Under the pieces are notes generated by a model. The model was not told the DNA's origin and did not search any database. It worked only from the letters and a program-made list of their open reading frames with translations. Positions 9,375-21,536 of a stretch of DNA of 64,000 nt are shown in pieces (position 1 is the first letter of the stretch; every line of letters starts with the position of its first letter). Both the position numbers and the translations under genes were made by a program. Source of the DNA: Dehalococcoidia bacterium (GTDB lineage: Bacteria > Chloroflexota > Dehalococcoidia > Bin125); contig CAXXSR010000002.1 in assembly GCA_963662615.2 (NCBI GenBank), positions 384,001 through 448,000 of the forward strand. Reading direction: 5' to 3'.

Positions 9375-10556
9375 CTAGCCCCGTGGCATCAGGTGCAGGA
9401 ACTCCGGTTTCAACTGGACAGCCGGAGTCCGGCGACGGTCCAGGCCCAGGCGGTAGTAGGCGTATGCGGGCAGCTCCAGGCGCAGCGGCGCCGGCGTGGA
9501 CGCCGCGAGCGGCTGCAGCTCCAGCCGCACGGTCTCGCGGCCCATCTCCTGACGCAGCGTGCGGCAGGGAATCACATTGGACCGGCCCTCGCCGCCGGGC
9601 GGCGCCGCGGCCAGCTCGCCCTGCTCCTTCAGAACCATGACCTGCGATGCGGCGATGGCCAGGTCCACGGGCTCGCCTGGGGCCGGCCGCGGCTGCGGAG
9701 GCAGGGCGACTTGAAGAGCGATGGGCCCCCACTCCACGACCATGGAGCCGGGGGGGCCGTCGCCGCGGACGCGGGCGGAGAGAACGTTCTCGATGCCCAC
9801 GAGCTGCGCCACCCGCCGCGAGGCCGGACGCGCGAAGACCTCTTCCCGCGGGCCGATCTGGAGCAGGCGGCCCGCGTCCAGCACGGCGATCCGGTCCGCC
9901 AAGGCGAAGGCTTCGTCGACGTCGTGAGTGACGAGCACCACGGGGAGGCCGCGCTGCTCATGGAGACGGCGCAACTCCGCGCCCAGCGCGCGGCGGGTGG
10001 GCCCGTCCAGCGCCGTGAACGGCTCGTCCAGGAGAAGGAGTCGTGGCGCCACCGCGAGCGCGCGCGCCAGCGCGACCCGCTGCCGCTGCCCACTCGAAAG
10101 TTGCCCCGGCCGGCGATCGCCCAAGTCCCGCAACTGCATCAGGGAGAGGAGACGCCGCGCAACCGACTCACGCTCGCGCCGCGACCGCCCACGCAGCCCG
10201 TAGGTCACGTTCTCGGTGACGGAAAGATGAGAGAACAGGCCGAGCGACTGCGGCACGTAGCCCAGCCGCCGGTCTTGCGGCTTGACGCGGATGCCGCGGC
10301 GGGCGTCAAACAAGACCGTCTCGCGATCCCCATCGACGATGGTGATGCGACCCCCGGCCCCGGAGCGGCCGTGTGACCGGTCGACGCCGGCGAGCGCCTG
10401 CAAGGTGAGGCTCTTGCCGGCGCCGCTGGGGCCGAACAGGACCAGCACTTCCCGGCCCAATGTGAAGCGCACGGCGAGGCTGAAACCGGGCAGAGCGCGC
10501 ACGATGTCGGCGTGGAGCTGGAGGTCTGGTGTCGCGGGAGGAGTCGGGTCAGCCAT
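9375..10556 (-). CDS. modC: Molybdate ABC transporter ATP-binding subunit
   Basis: GPSGAGKS, LSSGQRQR, LLLDEP, C-terminal TOBE-like region; operon with modAB. Confidence 0.85.
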   Translation of the reverse strand: MADPTPPATPDLQLHADIVRALPGFSLAVRFTLGREVLVLFGPSGAGKSLTLQALAGVDRSHGRSGAGGRITIVDGDRETVLFDARRGIRVKPQDRRLGYVPQSLGLFSHLSVTENVTYGLRGRSRRERESVARRLLSLMQLRDLGDRRPGQLSSGQRQRVALARALAVAPRLLLLDEPFTALDGPTRRALGAELRRLHEQRGLPVVLVTHDVDEAFALADRIAVLDAGRLLQIGPREEVFARPASRRVAQLVGIENVLSARVRGDGPPGSMVVEWGPIALQVALPPQPRPAPGEPVDLAIAASQVMVLKEQGELAAAPPGGEGRSNVIPCRTLRQEMGRETVRLELQPLAASTPAPLRLELPAYAYYRLGLDRRRTPAVQLKPEFLHLMPRG

Positions 10557-11412
10557 TGGCGCCCTCCAACCCCACTCCCGCCCGCATGGGGCTGCGGCGC
10601 AAGAGCACCTTCAAGACGAAAAGTACCGCGAAGGACACGATCACCAGGAGAGCGCTGAGCACCAGGGCCGCGTCCAGGTCCGTTTGCAGCGCGTCGTAGA
10701 TCGCCAGGGGCACGGTCTCGGTCACGCCGAGGAGGCTGCCGGCGAACATGATCGTGGCGCCGAACTCCGCGAGCGCGCGCGCCCAGGTCATGACGATGCC
10801 GCCCAGCAGCGCCGGCGCCGCCAGCGGAACGGTGACACGGAAAAACGTGCGCAACTCTCCCTCACCCAGAGTGTGGGAGACGCGCTCGACCTCGGGGTCG
10901 ACGGACTCGAAGCCGGCCTTGGCGGCCTTGATGTAGAAGGGAGAGGCGACGAACAGCTGGGCCAACACGACCGCGGTCGCCGTGAAGGCCACGTTCACGC
11001 CGGCGTCGTCGATGAGCCCGCCCAGGAGGCCGTTGCGTCCGAAGGTGAACAGCAGGGCGATGCCGGCCACGGCGGGCGGCAGGACCAGGGGCAGGTCGAG
11101 CAGCGTGTCCAGCAGGACCGCGCCCCGAAAACGGCGGCGCGCCAGCACGTACGCCAGCGGCGTTCCCAGTGCCAGGGTGATGCCGACGGTGATCGCGGTC
11201 GTGACGAGCGAGAGCCGCAGCGCCTCCGTCACGACGGGATCGTTGATGGTGCGCCAGGCGCCGTCACCCGGGATCACTTCGGCGAAGAGGGCGATGATCG
11301 GCAAGATCAGGAACAGCACCAGCGCCGCCCCGCTGGTCCAGAGGAGTCCGCGACCAATCGGCGCGATCCCGGCTCGGGGCAGAGCCGGGAGGCGGGGCGG
11401 CGCCAGCCTCAT
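10549..11412 (-). CDS. modB: Molybdate ABC transporter permease
   Basis: LPLVLPPAVAG, ARALAEFGAT motifs. Confidence 0.9.
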   Translation of the reverse strand: MRLAPPRLPALPRAGIAPIGRGLLWTSGAALVLFLILPIIALFAEVIPGDGAWRTINDPVVTEALRLSLVTTAITVGITLALGTPLAYVLARRRFRGAVLLDTLLDLPLVLPPAVAGIALLFTFGRNGLLGGLIDDAGVNVAFTATAVVLAQLFVASPFYIKAAKAGFESVDPEVERVSHTLGEGELRTFFRVTVPLAAPALLGGIVMTWARALAEFGATIMFAGSLLGVTETVPLAIYDALQTDLDAALVLSALLVIVSFAVLFVLKVLLRRSPMRAGVGLEGANG

Positions 11413-12245
11413 CCCTCTCCCCCCTCATCCGGCAGCGGCAGGAATCCCGCCTGCGTGAGGATCGCCACGGCCTCATCCGAGCGCACGAAGTCCATGAATG
11501 CCCGTGCCAGAGCAGGGTCGTCCGTCTGGGTCGTGGGCGTCATCTCGTAGCGGTTCACCAGGGCCGGACCCGGCAAGCGGAGCTGCACGACCGCGTCAGC
11601 GGCGGCAAGCGCGTCCGTTCGATAGACGAAGCCGGCATCCGCTTCGCCCGAGATCACCTTCGTCAGCACCGCGCGCACGTTGTCTTCCTCCGAAACCAGG
11701 GAAGCGAGCACGGCCTCCACCATCCCCAGCCGCTCCAGCTCCAGCCGCGTCAACCGGCCCGCAGGGACCGCGGGCGCAGCGATGACAAGGCGTACGCGCC
11801 GCCCGGCGAGATCGTGCACGCTCTGAAGGCCGGCCGGATTCGACGCGGGCGTGACCAAGGTGATGCTAGCGCCGGCGAAGCTGACGGGCGCCGGCAGAAC
11901 GACGCCCGCATCGACGGCGCGATTCATCTGCTGCGAATCCGCCGAGGCGAAGATATCGGCCCTGGCTCCTTGCTCTAATTGGAACCGCAGCCGCTGTGAG
12001 CCACCAAAGTCGAAGCGCACGTCCGTGTCCGGATGTTGCGCCTGGAATCGCGCGCCGATCTCCCCAAACACGTCGGTCAGAGAGGACGCTGCGAAGACGG
12101 TGAGGGTACGCGAGTCGCCTCCGCACGCGGTCAGCAAGAGCGCGACCGCCAACCCCAGCGCCAGCGTTCGCCAAGGCACGGCCGGGAGGCCCGGCGGATT
12201 GACGATGCGCGTCTCCCAGAGAGCGAAGCAGACGGCGCGGAGCAT
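11409..12245 (-). CDS. modA: Molybdate ABC transporter substrate-binding lipoprotein
   Basis: Lipobox LLTAC, VFAASSL, GGSQRL, ADAGFVYRTD; true start may be slightly downstream. Confidence 0.9.
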   Translation of the reverse strand: MLRAVCFALWETRIVNPPGLPAVPWRTLALGLAVALLLTACGGDSRTLTVFAASSLTDVFGEIGARFQAQHPDTDVRFDFGGSQRLRFQLEQGARADIFASADSQQMNRAVDAGVVLPAPVSFAGASITLVTPASNPAGLQSVHDLAGRRVRLVIAAPAVPAGRLTRLELERLGMVEAVLASLVSEEDNVRAVLTKVISGEADAGFVYRTDALAAADAVVQLRLPGPALVNRYEMTPTTQTDDPALARAFMDFVRSDEAVAILTQAGFLPLPDEGGEG

Positions 12246-12287
12246 GTGCCTCAGCTCACGCGCTCAAACGCGGATTGAGAGGGAAGG

Positions 12288-12491
12288 TCAGCTCTTGTCC
12301 TCTGTGGAGTCCTTGCCCGAGGAGGAGGCGGAGCCGGCCTCTTGCTCGCCCTCGTCGATGGGCTTGCGCGTCTCCTGCCGGAACTCCCGAATACTTTGTC
12401 CCAGCGCCTTCCCCACGCCCGAGAGGCGGCCTACGCCAAAGAGAACGAGCACCAGCACCCCGATGATGATCCATTCCGTTGGACCACCCAT
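12288..12491 (-). CDS. tatA: Twin-arginine translocase TatA/E
   Basis: GPTEWIII..LVLFG..RL..GKALGQSIREFR. Confidence 0.92.
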   Translation of the reverse strand: MGGPTEWIIIGVLVLVLFGVGRLSGVGKALGQSIREFRQETRKPIDEGEQEAGSASSSGKDSTEDKS

Positions 12492-12671
12492 CTCGCCTTC
12501 TCCTACGCCAAGTGGCGGAACCGAGGCTCCACGCGCCGTCGAGCGCCCCCGAGCCTACGTTTGTGGGGGGGGTCTCCCCGCTTGGCGCCCCGAGTGTATC
12601 AGCGCCGGGGGTCGCCTGCTAGACACGTTATCGGCACCCAAAGCGCCGCAGGTGTGGGGGGCTGGGTGGGA

Positions 12672-13007
12672 TCAGGCGTCGCCGTCGCTGACCCGCTCCA
12701 CGAAGACACGCATGATGCCGCCGCAGATCTTGTCCTCGCCATCGACGGGCTCGGTCAAGTCCACGCCGACGATACGCGGGCGGCCGTCTTCCAGGGTCGC
12801 CATGGCGTCCTGCCAGACCTCCGCCTCACCGCAGCCACCGCCAATGGTGCCCACGAAGGAGCCGTCTTGCCGGACCACCATCTTGGCGCCGGTCTTGCGG
12901 GGAGTGCTGCCGAGCGTTTGAGCCACCGTCGCCAGGACGACCGCCTCGCCGGAGGCGAGCGCCTTCCCGATCTCCGCGTAGACTTCGTCGCGGGCCACGA
13001 CCGTCAC
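12672..13007 (-). CDS. XdhC/CoxI N-terminal-domain protein (stand-alone)
   Basis: GSTPRKTGAKM, GTIGGGCGE, ICGG. Confidence 0.85.
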   Translation of the reverse strand: MTVVARDEVYAEIGKALASGEAVVLATVAQTLGSTPRKTGAKMVVRQDGSFVGTIGGGCGEAEVWQDAMATLEDGRPRIVGVDLTEPVDGEDKICGGIMRVFVERVSDGDA

Positions 13008-13073
13008 CTCGTCTCGTCGTCAGTATAGGTCGCGTGCGGCGTCTCGCTCTGTAACACCGCTGCCGCCACCGAC

Positions 13074-13931
13074 TCAGCCGCCGGCCAGTTCACGGCCGTG
13101 CCCGGAGAGCGGCCGCCCGCTGCCCCCGCGCCGGACCAACACCATCTCTGCCAGCAGGGACAGCGCGATCTCTTCCGGTGTCTCGGCGCCGATGTCCAGC
13201 CCAATGGGGGTGAAGACGCGCGCCAGGGCGTCCGCAGCCACGCCCTCTTCACGCAGATGCTCCAACACCGTGCGCGTCCGTCGCTTGCTGCCGATCATGC
13301 CCACGTAGGCCGCGCCGCGCTCCACGACATGCTTGAGGCTGAGTTCGTCCACGATGTGCCCGCGCGAGACGAGGACGATGTACGTGTTGGAGGTGATCGG
13401 GAAGCGGGCCAGCTCCTCGGCGAAATCGCCGCAGATGACCGTGTCGGCGAAGGGGAAGCGCTGCGGATTGGCGTAGTCCTCGCGGTCGTCCAGGACGGCG
13501 ACGCTCATGCCCAGGATCGCCCCGATCTCGCCCACGGCGCGGCCGACGTGGCCGCCCCCCACCACCAGCAGCACGGGGGACGGCTCCACCACCTCCAACA
13601 TGACCTCCACCACGGCGGGCGCCGCCTCCACCGCGCGGCGCCCTTCCAGCCGCTCCCCGCGTGGCGTAAAGGCGTATGTCTCCACCGCGTGGTGCGGGAT
13701 GGCCGCGCCTGCGGTTTCGCGGACGGCGGCTTCAAGGGGGCCGCCACCCAACCCGCCCAGGACGCGCCCGTCGGCGTAGACGAGCATCTTCCCGCCGGGG
13801 CGCAGCGCCCCAGCGCCGGCCCCGTCCGGCGCCGCGATCACGGTGCAACTCACGACGGGCGGCCCCTCGCGGCTGGCGCGCAAGATCTCTTGCGCCATCC
13901 GGCTCTGGGGGCTCTGGGCGTCCGTGCTCAT
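13074..13931 (-). CDS. XdhC family molybdoenzyme maturation factor
   Basis: GGGHVG, DDR, YVGMIGSKRR, PIGLDIGAETPEEIA. Confidence 0.9.
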   Translation of the reverse strand: MSTDAQSPQSRMAQEILRASREGPPVVSCTVIAAPDGAGAGALRPGGKMLVYADGRVLGGLGGGPLEAAVRETAGAAIPHHAVETYAFTPRGERLEGRRAVEAAPAVVEVMLEVVEPSPVLLVVGGGHVGRAVGEIGAILGMSVAVLDDREDYANPQRFPFADTVICGDFAEELARFPITSNTYIVLVSRGHIVDELSLKHVVERGAAYVGMIGSKRRTRTVLEHLREEGVAADALARVFTPIGLDIGAETPEEIALSLLAEMVLVRRGGSGRPLSGHGRELAGG

Positions 13932-14011
13932 GGTGACCCGAGCATAGTGGCGGCCCCGTGGGATCGGAAAGGACCGCCGCAGGGGTTTGTCGCAGCGGCA
14001 GGTTCTGCTGG

Positions 14012-15103
14012 TTAGACGTTGAAGAGGATGTGGAGCACGTCGCCGTCCTGCACGACGTAGTCTTTGCCTTCCGTGCGCAGGAGGGCACGCTTGCGCGCCT
14101 CCGCGTCCGTCCCCGCTTCGATGAGGTCTCGCCAATTGATCACGTCCGTGCGAATGAAGCCACGCGCCATGTCGCTGTGGATCCGCCCGGCGGCCTGCTG
14201 GGCATTCGCGCCCTCATCCAGGGTCCAGGCGTGACACTCGCGGGAGCGGGTCGTGAAGAAAGTGATCAGCCCCAAGATCTGGTGCGACAGTCGCACAGCC
14301 AGCTCCAGCGCGCCCTCGGTCGCGCCGACCGATCGGCGGTACTCGGCGGCCTCCCCGGCCGAGAGGGAGCGCAGCTCCATCTCCAGCGACGCGCACACCG
14401 CCGCGATCGCCGTGCCCGGCGGCTCCTGGGCGGGGCGGTAGGCTGCGGCGATCTCTGCGGCGCGAGCGGCGTCGCCCTCGTCGATGTTAAGGAGGGTCAG
14501 CAGGGGACGATCGGTGAGGAAGCGGTACTGGCGAAGCGCTTTGCGCTCGTCCGGGCTGAGCGGTTGGGCGCGCACGGCGACGCCGTCACTCAGCTGGGAT
14601 TCGAGCCGGCGCAGAAGGGCAGCTTCCCGTTCCGGCGCCTCGCGTTCCGACGCCTTCAGGGCTTTCGAGTCCGTGGCGATGCGGCCCAGCCGTTTCTGCG
14701 CCAGTGCGAGATCGGCGAACGTCAACTCCAGCGCCATGGCCTCAATATCGCGCGCCGGGTCGATGTCGCCGTGGGGATGCGGCGCGACTTCATTCTCGAA
14801 GGCGCGCACGACGTGGATGAGGCCGTCCATTCCGCTCAGCCGGCTGAGAAATTCCGCCTCCGGCTCTTGGCCCTCGCGAAAGCCGGCGCCGGGAAAGTCC
14901 ACGTATTCCATCTCCGCGGGGACGCTCTTCTTGGGGCGCAGGTGGGCGCTGAGCTGGTCCAGCCGAGAATCCGGCACTTTGACCACGCCCACGTGCGGCT
15001 TCAGATGCGTGGCGAAGCCCACGGGGTGATCCGATCCCGTGACGGCATTCAGCAGCGATGTCTTGCCGCTGCGCTCGACGCCGATGATTCCGAGTGCTGG
15101 CAC
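14012..15103 (-). CDS. ychF: Ribosome-binding ATPase YchF
   Basis: P-loop, VPDSRL, AGRIHSDMARGFIR, EGKDYVVQDGD. Confidence 0.92.
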   Translation of the reverse strand: MPALGIIGVERSGKTSLLNAVTGSDHPVGFATHLKPHVGVVKVPDSRLDQLSAHLRPKKSVPAEMEYVDFPGAGFREGQEPEAEFLSRLSGMDGLIHVVRAFENEVAPHPHGDIDPARDIEAMALELTFADLALAQKRLGRIATDSKALKASEREAPEREAALLRRLESQLSDGVAVRAQPLSPDERKALRQYRFLTDRPLLTLLNIDEGDAARAAEIAAAYRPAQEPPGTAIAAVCASLEMELRSLSAGEAAEYRRSVGATEGALELAVRLSHQILGLITFFTTRSRECHAWTLDEGANAQQAAGRIHSDMARGFIRTDVINWRDLIEAGTDAEARKRALLRTEGKDYVVQDGDVLHILFNV

Positions 15104-15133
15104 CGCCGGTCCTTGCCGCTGTCGAAGCGCCGG

Positions 15134-15643
15134 TTACCGCTCCCCGCCCGACGACGCCTGGCGGCGTTGCAGAGCGTCCAGGTCCAGCTCCATCAGGCCG
15201 GCGCCGGCGTGGGGCCATTTCTCCGTGGCGACGGTCAGCGCGTCGATGGAGCTGCGCAGCGTCTCCCAGGCGCATTGCGCCCGCGCCTCCGGCAGCAGCC
15301 TCCAGACGTGCGAGCGATGCCCAGGCGAGAGTTCGCACTGCGCCTGCCGGTCCGCCTCCGCCATAAAGGTGGGCACCAGATACACGGTATCGTTCTCCGG
15401 GTTGTAGAAGGTTTCCACCTCAAAGAGGCGGAACCAACGGCGCGGCTGTAGCGCCGTTTCCTCCCGGACCTCGCGCAGCGCCGCCTGCCAGGCCGTCTCG
15501 CCCTCCTCAATGTGCCCGTGGACCGCCTGCCAATCGCCGGGGAAGGTGTAGTCCTGGGGGCGTTGGAGGAGGAGCAGCTCGATCCCGCGCTGGCCCTCGC
15601 GGACGACGTAAACGCTCACCAGATTCGCTTTGAGCTGCGCCAT
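15134..15643 (-). CDS. NUDIX hydrolase (NudB-like)
   Basis: GHIEEGETAWQAALREVREET Nudix box. Confidence 0.85.
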   Translation of the reverse strand: MAQLKANLVSVYVVREGQRGIELLLLQRPQDYTFPGDWQAVHGHIEEGETAWQAALREVREETALQPRRWFRLFEVETFYNPENDTVYLVPTFMAEADRQAQCELSPGHRSHVWRLLPEARAQCAWETLRSSIDALTVATEKWPHAGAGLMELDLDALQRRQASSGGER

Positions 15644-16380
15644 CAGCGATTCCAGTCGGCGGGCCGGCGGCGAGATCGCGGTGAACGCGGGCCGTCCACG
15701 GCCACGAGCCCCGTCTCCGCTTGCCCGGCGGGGCAGAGGTCCAGGAGCGGGCAGGCGGCGCAGAGAGGCCGCTTCTTGCAGCGCTGCTTGGCGTGGACCA
15801 CGAAGAGCGAATGGTACTCGGCGAAGAACGACGGTTCGCCCGGCAGGGCCTCAAGGAACGCCGCGCGCAGCCGCTCGTAGGGGGCGTCCTCTTCAATCAG
15901 CTCCAGGCGACGGAGGATGCGCCGGGTGTAGGCGTCGATGATGAAGGTGCGGCGGCGCCCGGCGTAAAGGCAGACGGCATCGGCGGTCTCCGGCCCAAAG
16001 CCGTGCGTAGCCAGCAGGAGCGGGCGAAGGTCGTGGAGAGGACGGGCGAGCAAGGCGCCCAAGTCACCTTCGGTCTCGGCGGAGAGCATCTCCACGAACG
16101 CCTTCAGCTTGCGCGCCTTGCTGTTGAAGAACCCCGACGGCCGGATCAGCTCCGCGAGGCGCGCCTCCGGCGCCGCCCGAAGCGCCTGGACGTCCAGCAT
16201 GCCGGCGTCGCGCAGGTTGTCCAGCGCCTTGCGGGCCCCGGTCCAGGCCGTGTTCTGCACCAGGATCGCTCCGACGATCATCTCTAGCTCGCTGCCGGCC
16301 GGCCACCAGGACTGGGGCCCGTAGGCATCTTTGAGGCGGGCGTGGAGGTCACGCAGCGCCGACGGGGAGAGGCGCGACAC
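15643..16380 (-). CDS. HhH-GPD (endonuclease III-related) DNA glycosylase with 4Fe-4S motif
   Basis: WWP, GAILVQNTAW, IRPSGFF, GFGPETAD, CKKRPLCAACPLLDLC; start estimated. Confidence 0.88.
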   Translation of the reverse strand: MSRLSPSALRDLHARLKDAYGPQSWWPAGSELEMIVGAILVQNTAWTGARKALDNLRDAGMLDVQALRAAPEARLAELIRPSGFFNSKARKLKAFVEMLSAETEGDLGALLARPLHDLRPLLLATHGFGPETADAVCLYAGRRRTFIIDAYTRRILRRLELIEEDAPYERLRAAFLEALPGEPSFFAEYHSLFVVHAKQRCKKRPLCAACPLLDLCPAGQAETGLVAVDGPRSPRSRRRPADWNR

Positions 16381-16441
16381 GCGACTGCGCTGGTGGCTCC
16401 GAGGCCGCTGTGCGGCCCCCTGCACGCCTACGGCCACGCTC

Positions 16442-16951
16442 TCACTCCGCCCACTTGGGGATGGTGGCGGCAACGGAGTCGTAGAAGGACACGTAGGGCT
16501 TGACGTCCAGCACGGGCGTGCCGTTTACCACGTCCAGCCCCGCGACCGTGACCACATTGCCTTTGATGGCCTCCAGCGGCACAATGCTGACCGCCACGGG
16601 GTTGGGGCGGTGCGCCGTCCGTGTCGCGAAGACCCCCACCTCAGGAGACGTTTCGTCGCCGCTGGGCCGGATGCGCAGGAGGGCGCGCCCACCGTCCTCC
16701 ACGCGGTCGAGCCAGGCCAGCACGAAAATGTGGCTGAAACCGTCCAGCCCGTCCAGAGCGGGGACGAACTCGTCGCGGAAGAGCAGCTCGGAGCGGACCT
16801 GCGCCCACATGCGCCCGCCGGTGTCGTGAACGGCGTTGCGGACCACGGCCACCGGCGTGAGGTCGCCGATCAGATCGGGCAGGGCACGCAGGGCCTCCTC
16901 GCGTGCCTCCTTGACGCTGCGGAGATGGAGCTTCTCGCGCCAGGTGACCAC
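16442..16951 (-). CDS. tsaA: TsaA/TrmO-family SAM-binding tRNA methyltransferase
   Basis: GLDGFSH, GVFATR..HRPNP, GLDVVNGTPVLDVKPY. Confidence 0.85.
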   Translation of the reverse strand: MVTWREKLHLRSVKEAREEALRALPDLIGDLTPVAVVRNAVHDTGGRMWAQVRSELLFRDEFVPALDGLDGFSHIFVLAWLDRVEDGGRALLRIRPSGDETSPEVGVFATRTAHRPNPVAVSIVPLEAIKGNVVTVAGLDVVNGTPVLDVKPYVSFYDSVAATIPKWAE

Positions 16952-16964
16952 CGGACACCGCCTC

Positions 16965-17454
16965 TCAGCCGCGTCCGCCCTTGCGGGAATTGCACGACCG
17001 GCACAGCGTCTGCAGGTTCTCCAGGGTCATTTGGCCACCCTTACACTCCGGCACGATGTGATCGAGGGTCAGATCATCCTGGCTGCCGCAGCGACAACAG
17101 CGGAAGGCGTCCCGCTTAAAGACGCGCCAGCGCAGCTTGTTCGGAATTGCTTGCTTCCTGGCCCCGGGCGCCGGGCGCCGGCCGCCGCCCGCCTTCCCGG
17201 AGCAGGCTGGGGTGCGGCGCGCTGGGGAGCGCCATGCAGCGTAGCACCGCCCGCCCCAGCTCCAGCAGCGGCGGCTCGATCGCGGAGGGCTGCGGCCGCG
17301 AGCGGCCGGCGGCCAAACGGCGCTCATACACCTCGATGGCATTCATGCATGCATACGTCTCTTCGCCGAACTCCTCATAGAGGAGCGCGCGCAGCGTCGC
17401 CAGCGCGGGGCTCGACGAACTGGTTTCGGCGCCAGTGTGGGTCCATGCCGGCAT
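16965..17454 (-). pseudogene. HNH endonuclease, frameshifted by a 7-bp tandem duplication
   Basis: AAGGAG and ATG at 17454; C-terminal RDAFRCCRCG..LTLDHIVP..GG....NLQTLCRSCN is in another frame; CCGGGCG x2 at 17164-17177. Confidence 0.8.
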
Positions 17455-17537
17455 ACAGCCTGTCTCCTTGTCCCTTGGTCCGGACTCGGCTTGCGCGGCA
17501 GAGCGCCCGAAGAGCCGCCGCGGCCGGCCGGCGATAA

Positions 17538-19664
<2,127 letters not shown>

Positions 19665-19689
19665 CCGTCCTTCCGTCCAGGGGAGGACG

Positions 19690-20134
19690 ATGCCCAGCCT
19701 CTTCGTTGAGAGCGACGCCGCCGATCCCGCCCCCTTCCGCTTCAAAGGCGATCCGGTTGACCTCCTGGCGCTGCTCTCCTTCGGCGTGGCGGAGCCGTTC
19801 GGTTCCCACCATCCCCTCACGGAATTGGTGCGGCGGCTGAAACGGGAGCACGGCATTGACGTGGCGCCGCTGTTGACCTTCTACGACCGTGAGGTGGAGG
19901 AGCCGCTGGACGCTACGAACCTGGAGGCGGCCTGGCAGGATGCGACGGCGTTGCGCGACGGCGTTGCGCGACTGCGTCATTGCCGTCCGGTCCGCCCTTG
20001 CCAAGGACCGCGATTGCGTGGCGCTCCTGGCCGACTTCCCCGCGATTCCTGATCTGCTGGCGCAATTGCAGAGCATGGCCGCCGCGGTGGCGGAGCGGCA
20101 GGGGCGGATCCGCATCTCCTTCCGTCTGCGCTAG
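19690..20134 (+). pseudogene. Hypothetical protein (about 143 aa if repaired), frameshifted by a 13-bp tandem duplication
   Basis: GGAGG and ATG at 19690; GCGACGGCGTTGC x2 at 19942-19967 joins two protein-like frames. Confidence 0.7.
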
Positions 20135-20178
20135 GGGCCCGCGGGCGCGGGCCTCGCCGGCTTCGCTACGCTGGGCTC

Positions 20179-20928
20179 ATGCGTGCTACGACACGCCCCA
20201 CGTCGGCGCCACCCCCCTTCTGCCGGGCCAACGCTGTGCCGCCGCGGCTGCGGCGTTGGTGGCTGGGTCTGCCGCGGCTGGCGCTGCAAGAGACCGCTGC
20301 CTTTCTTCTCCCCTCGCTGCTGCCGCTCCGCCCCAGCGACCGCCTCCTCCTGGTGGGCGCCAGCATGCAGGCGCTGCCGGCAGCGCTGCAGTCCCGAATT
20401 CCGCTCGAGACGACGCCTATCGGCTTCGACTGGGAGCCTGGGCCAGCACGACTTGCGGGCACCGGCGGTGTTGCTCTCGCACGCGCGCACCCCTCGGCGC
20501 TCCCATTCCGCGACGCCCACTTCACCATCGTCGTCGTGGGTCATCAGATCCGCGCCTGGGACGATGCGCTGCTGCTGCGCTTCCTCAGCGAGACGTGGCG
20601 CGTGCTGACCCATAACGGCATCGTGGTGCTGTGGGAGGTGGCGCCGTCACGGTCGGCACGCATCAACGCGATCTGGGGGCGGCTCCTCGCGGGCGGCGCC
20701 CATCCCGTGCGCCTGCGCAGCTTCGCTGAGATCGGCGGCCTGGGCCGCGAGGCGGGCTTCGCCTGGCTGCAGACGCTCCGGCTGCGGCCGTTCCTGTGGC
20801 CGCCGGGCCCCCGCATCACGGTCATGATGCGGAAGGAACGCTACGACGCCGAAACCGTGAAGCTGGAACCGGGCGCCACGCCGCTCTATGCGCCGGATCG
20901 GCCCGCCAGAGACGACTCAGCGCCATAG
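20179..20928 (+). CDS. Class I SAM-dependent methyltransferase-like protein (degenerate SAM motif)
   Basis: ALPFRDAHF and E.WRVL..NG motifs; glycine-rich motif I is weak. Confidence 0.55.
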   Translation: MRATTRPTSAPPPFCRANAVPPRLRRWWLGLPRLALQETAAFLLPSLLPLRPSDRLLLVGASMQALPAALQSRIPLETTPIGFDWEPGPARLAGTGGVALARAHPSALPFRDAHFTIVVVGHQIRAWDDALLLRFLSETWRVLTHNGIVVLWEVAPSRSARINAIWGRLLAGGAHPVRLRSFAEIGGLGREAGFAWLQTLRLRPFLWPPGPRITVMMRKERYDAETVKLEPGATPLYAPDRPARDDSAP

Positions 20929-21536
20929 AGGTGGTGGCTGCGGATATAGGCCAGCGCCGCCGCCGGCACGGCGTATCCCACATCCTCTCCCGCGCCGAGC
21001 TGATCCCGGAGCGTGGTGGCGCTGATCCCGATGGGCGCCATCTCCACCCAGTCGATTGCCGCGGCGAGTCCGGGAACGAGTGTGTCGAGCCGCCCGGGCT
21101 CGACGGCGTAGTCGGGCCGCGCGATCACCGCCAGCCGCGCCAGTTGCAGCAGTCGTTGCGGTTCACGCCAGTGGGCGAGGTCGAAGAGAGTATCGCTGCC
21201 CACAATGAGCCAGATCTGCTGCTGCCCATGTTCGTGCAGCGTGGCCAGCGTCTCAACGGTGTAGGAGGGCCCTTCGCGGCGCACCTCCATATCGGAGACG
21301 GCGAAGCCCTCCTCTCCCGCGACCGCCGCTCGCACCATGGCAAGCCGGTGTCGCGCCGGCGTCACGGGGCGCCCCCGCTTGCGCCACGGATCGCCCGCGG
21401 GCACGAACAGCACCAGGTCCAGCGCTTGCGCCGTCCGAGCAGCGCGCGCCATCGCCAGGTGGGCCTGATGGATGGGATCGAACGTGCCCCCCAGCACCCC
21501 CAGCCGCCGCCTGCCCCTCAGCTCTCCCACAGCCAC
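20886..21536 (-). CDS. nadD: Nicotinate-nucleotide adenylyltransferase
   Basis: GGTFDPIHQAH, PSYTVETL, ISAT. Confidence 0.95.
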   Translation of the reverse strand: MAVGELRGRRRLGVLGGTFDPIHQAHLAMARAARTAQALDLVLFVPAGDPWRKRGRPVTPARHRLAMVRAAVAGEEGFAVSDMEVRREGPSYTVETLATLHEHGQQQIWLIVGSDTLFDLAHWREPQRLLQLARLAVIARPDYAVEPGRLDTLVPGLAAAIDWVEMAPIGISATTLRDQLGAGEDVGYAVPAAALAYIRSHHLYGAESSLAGRSGA

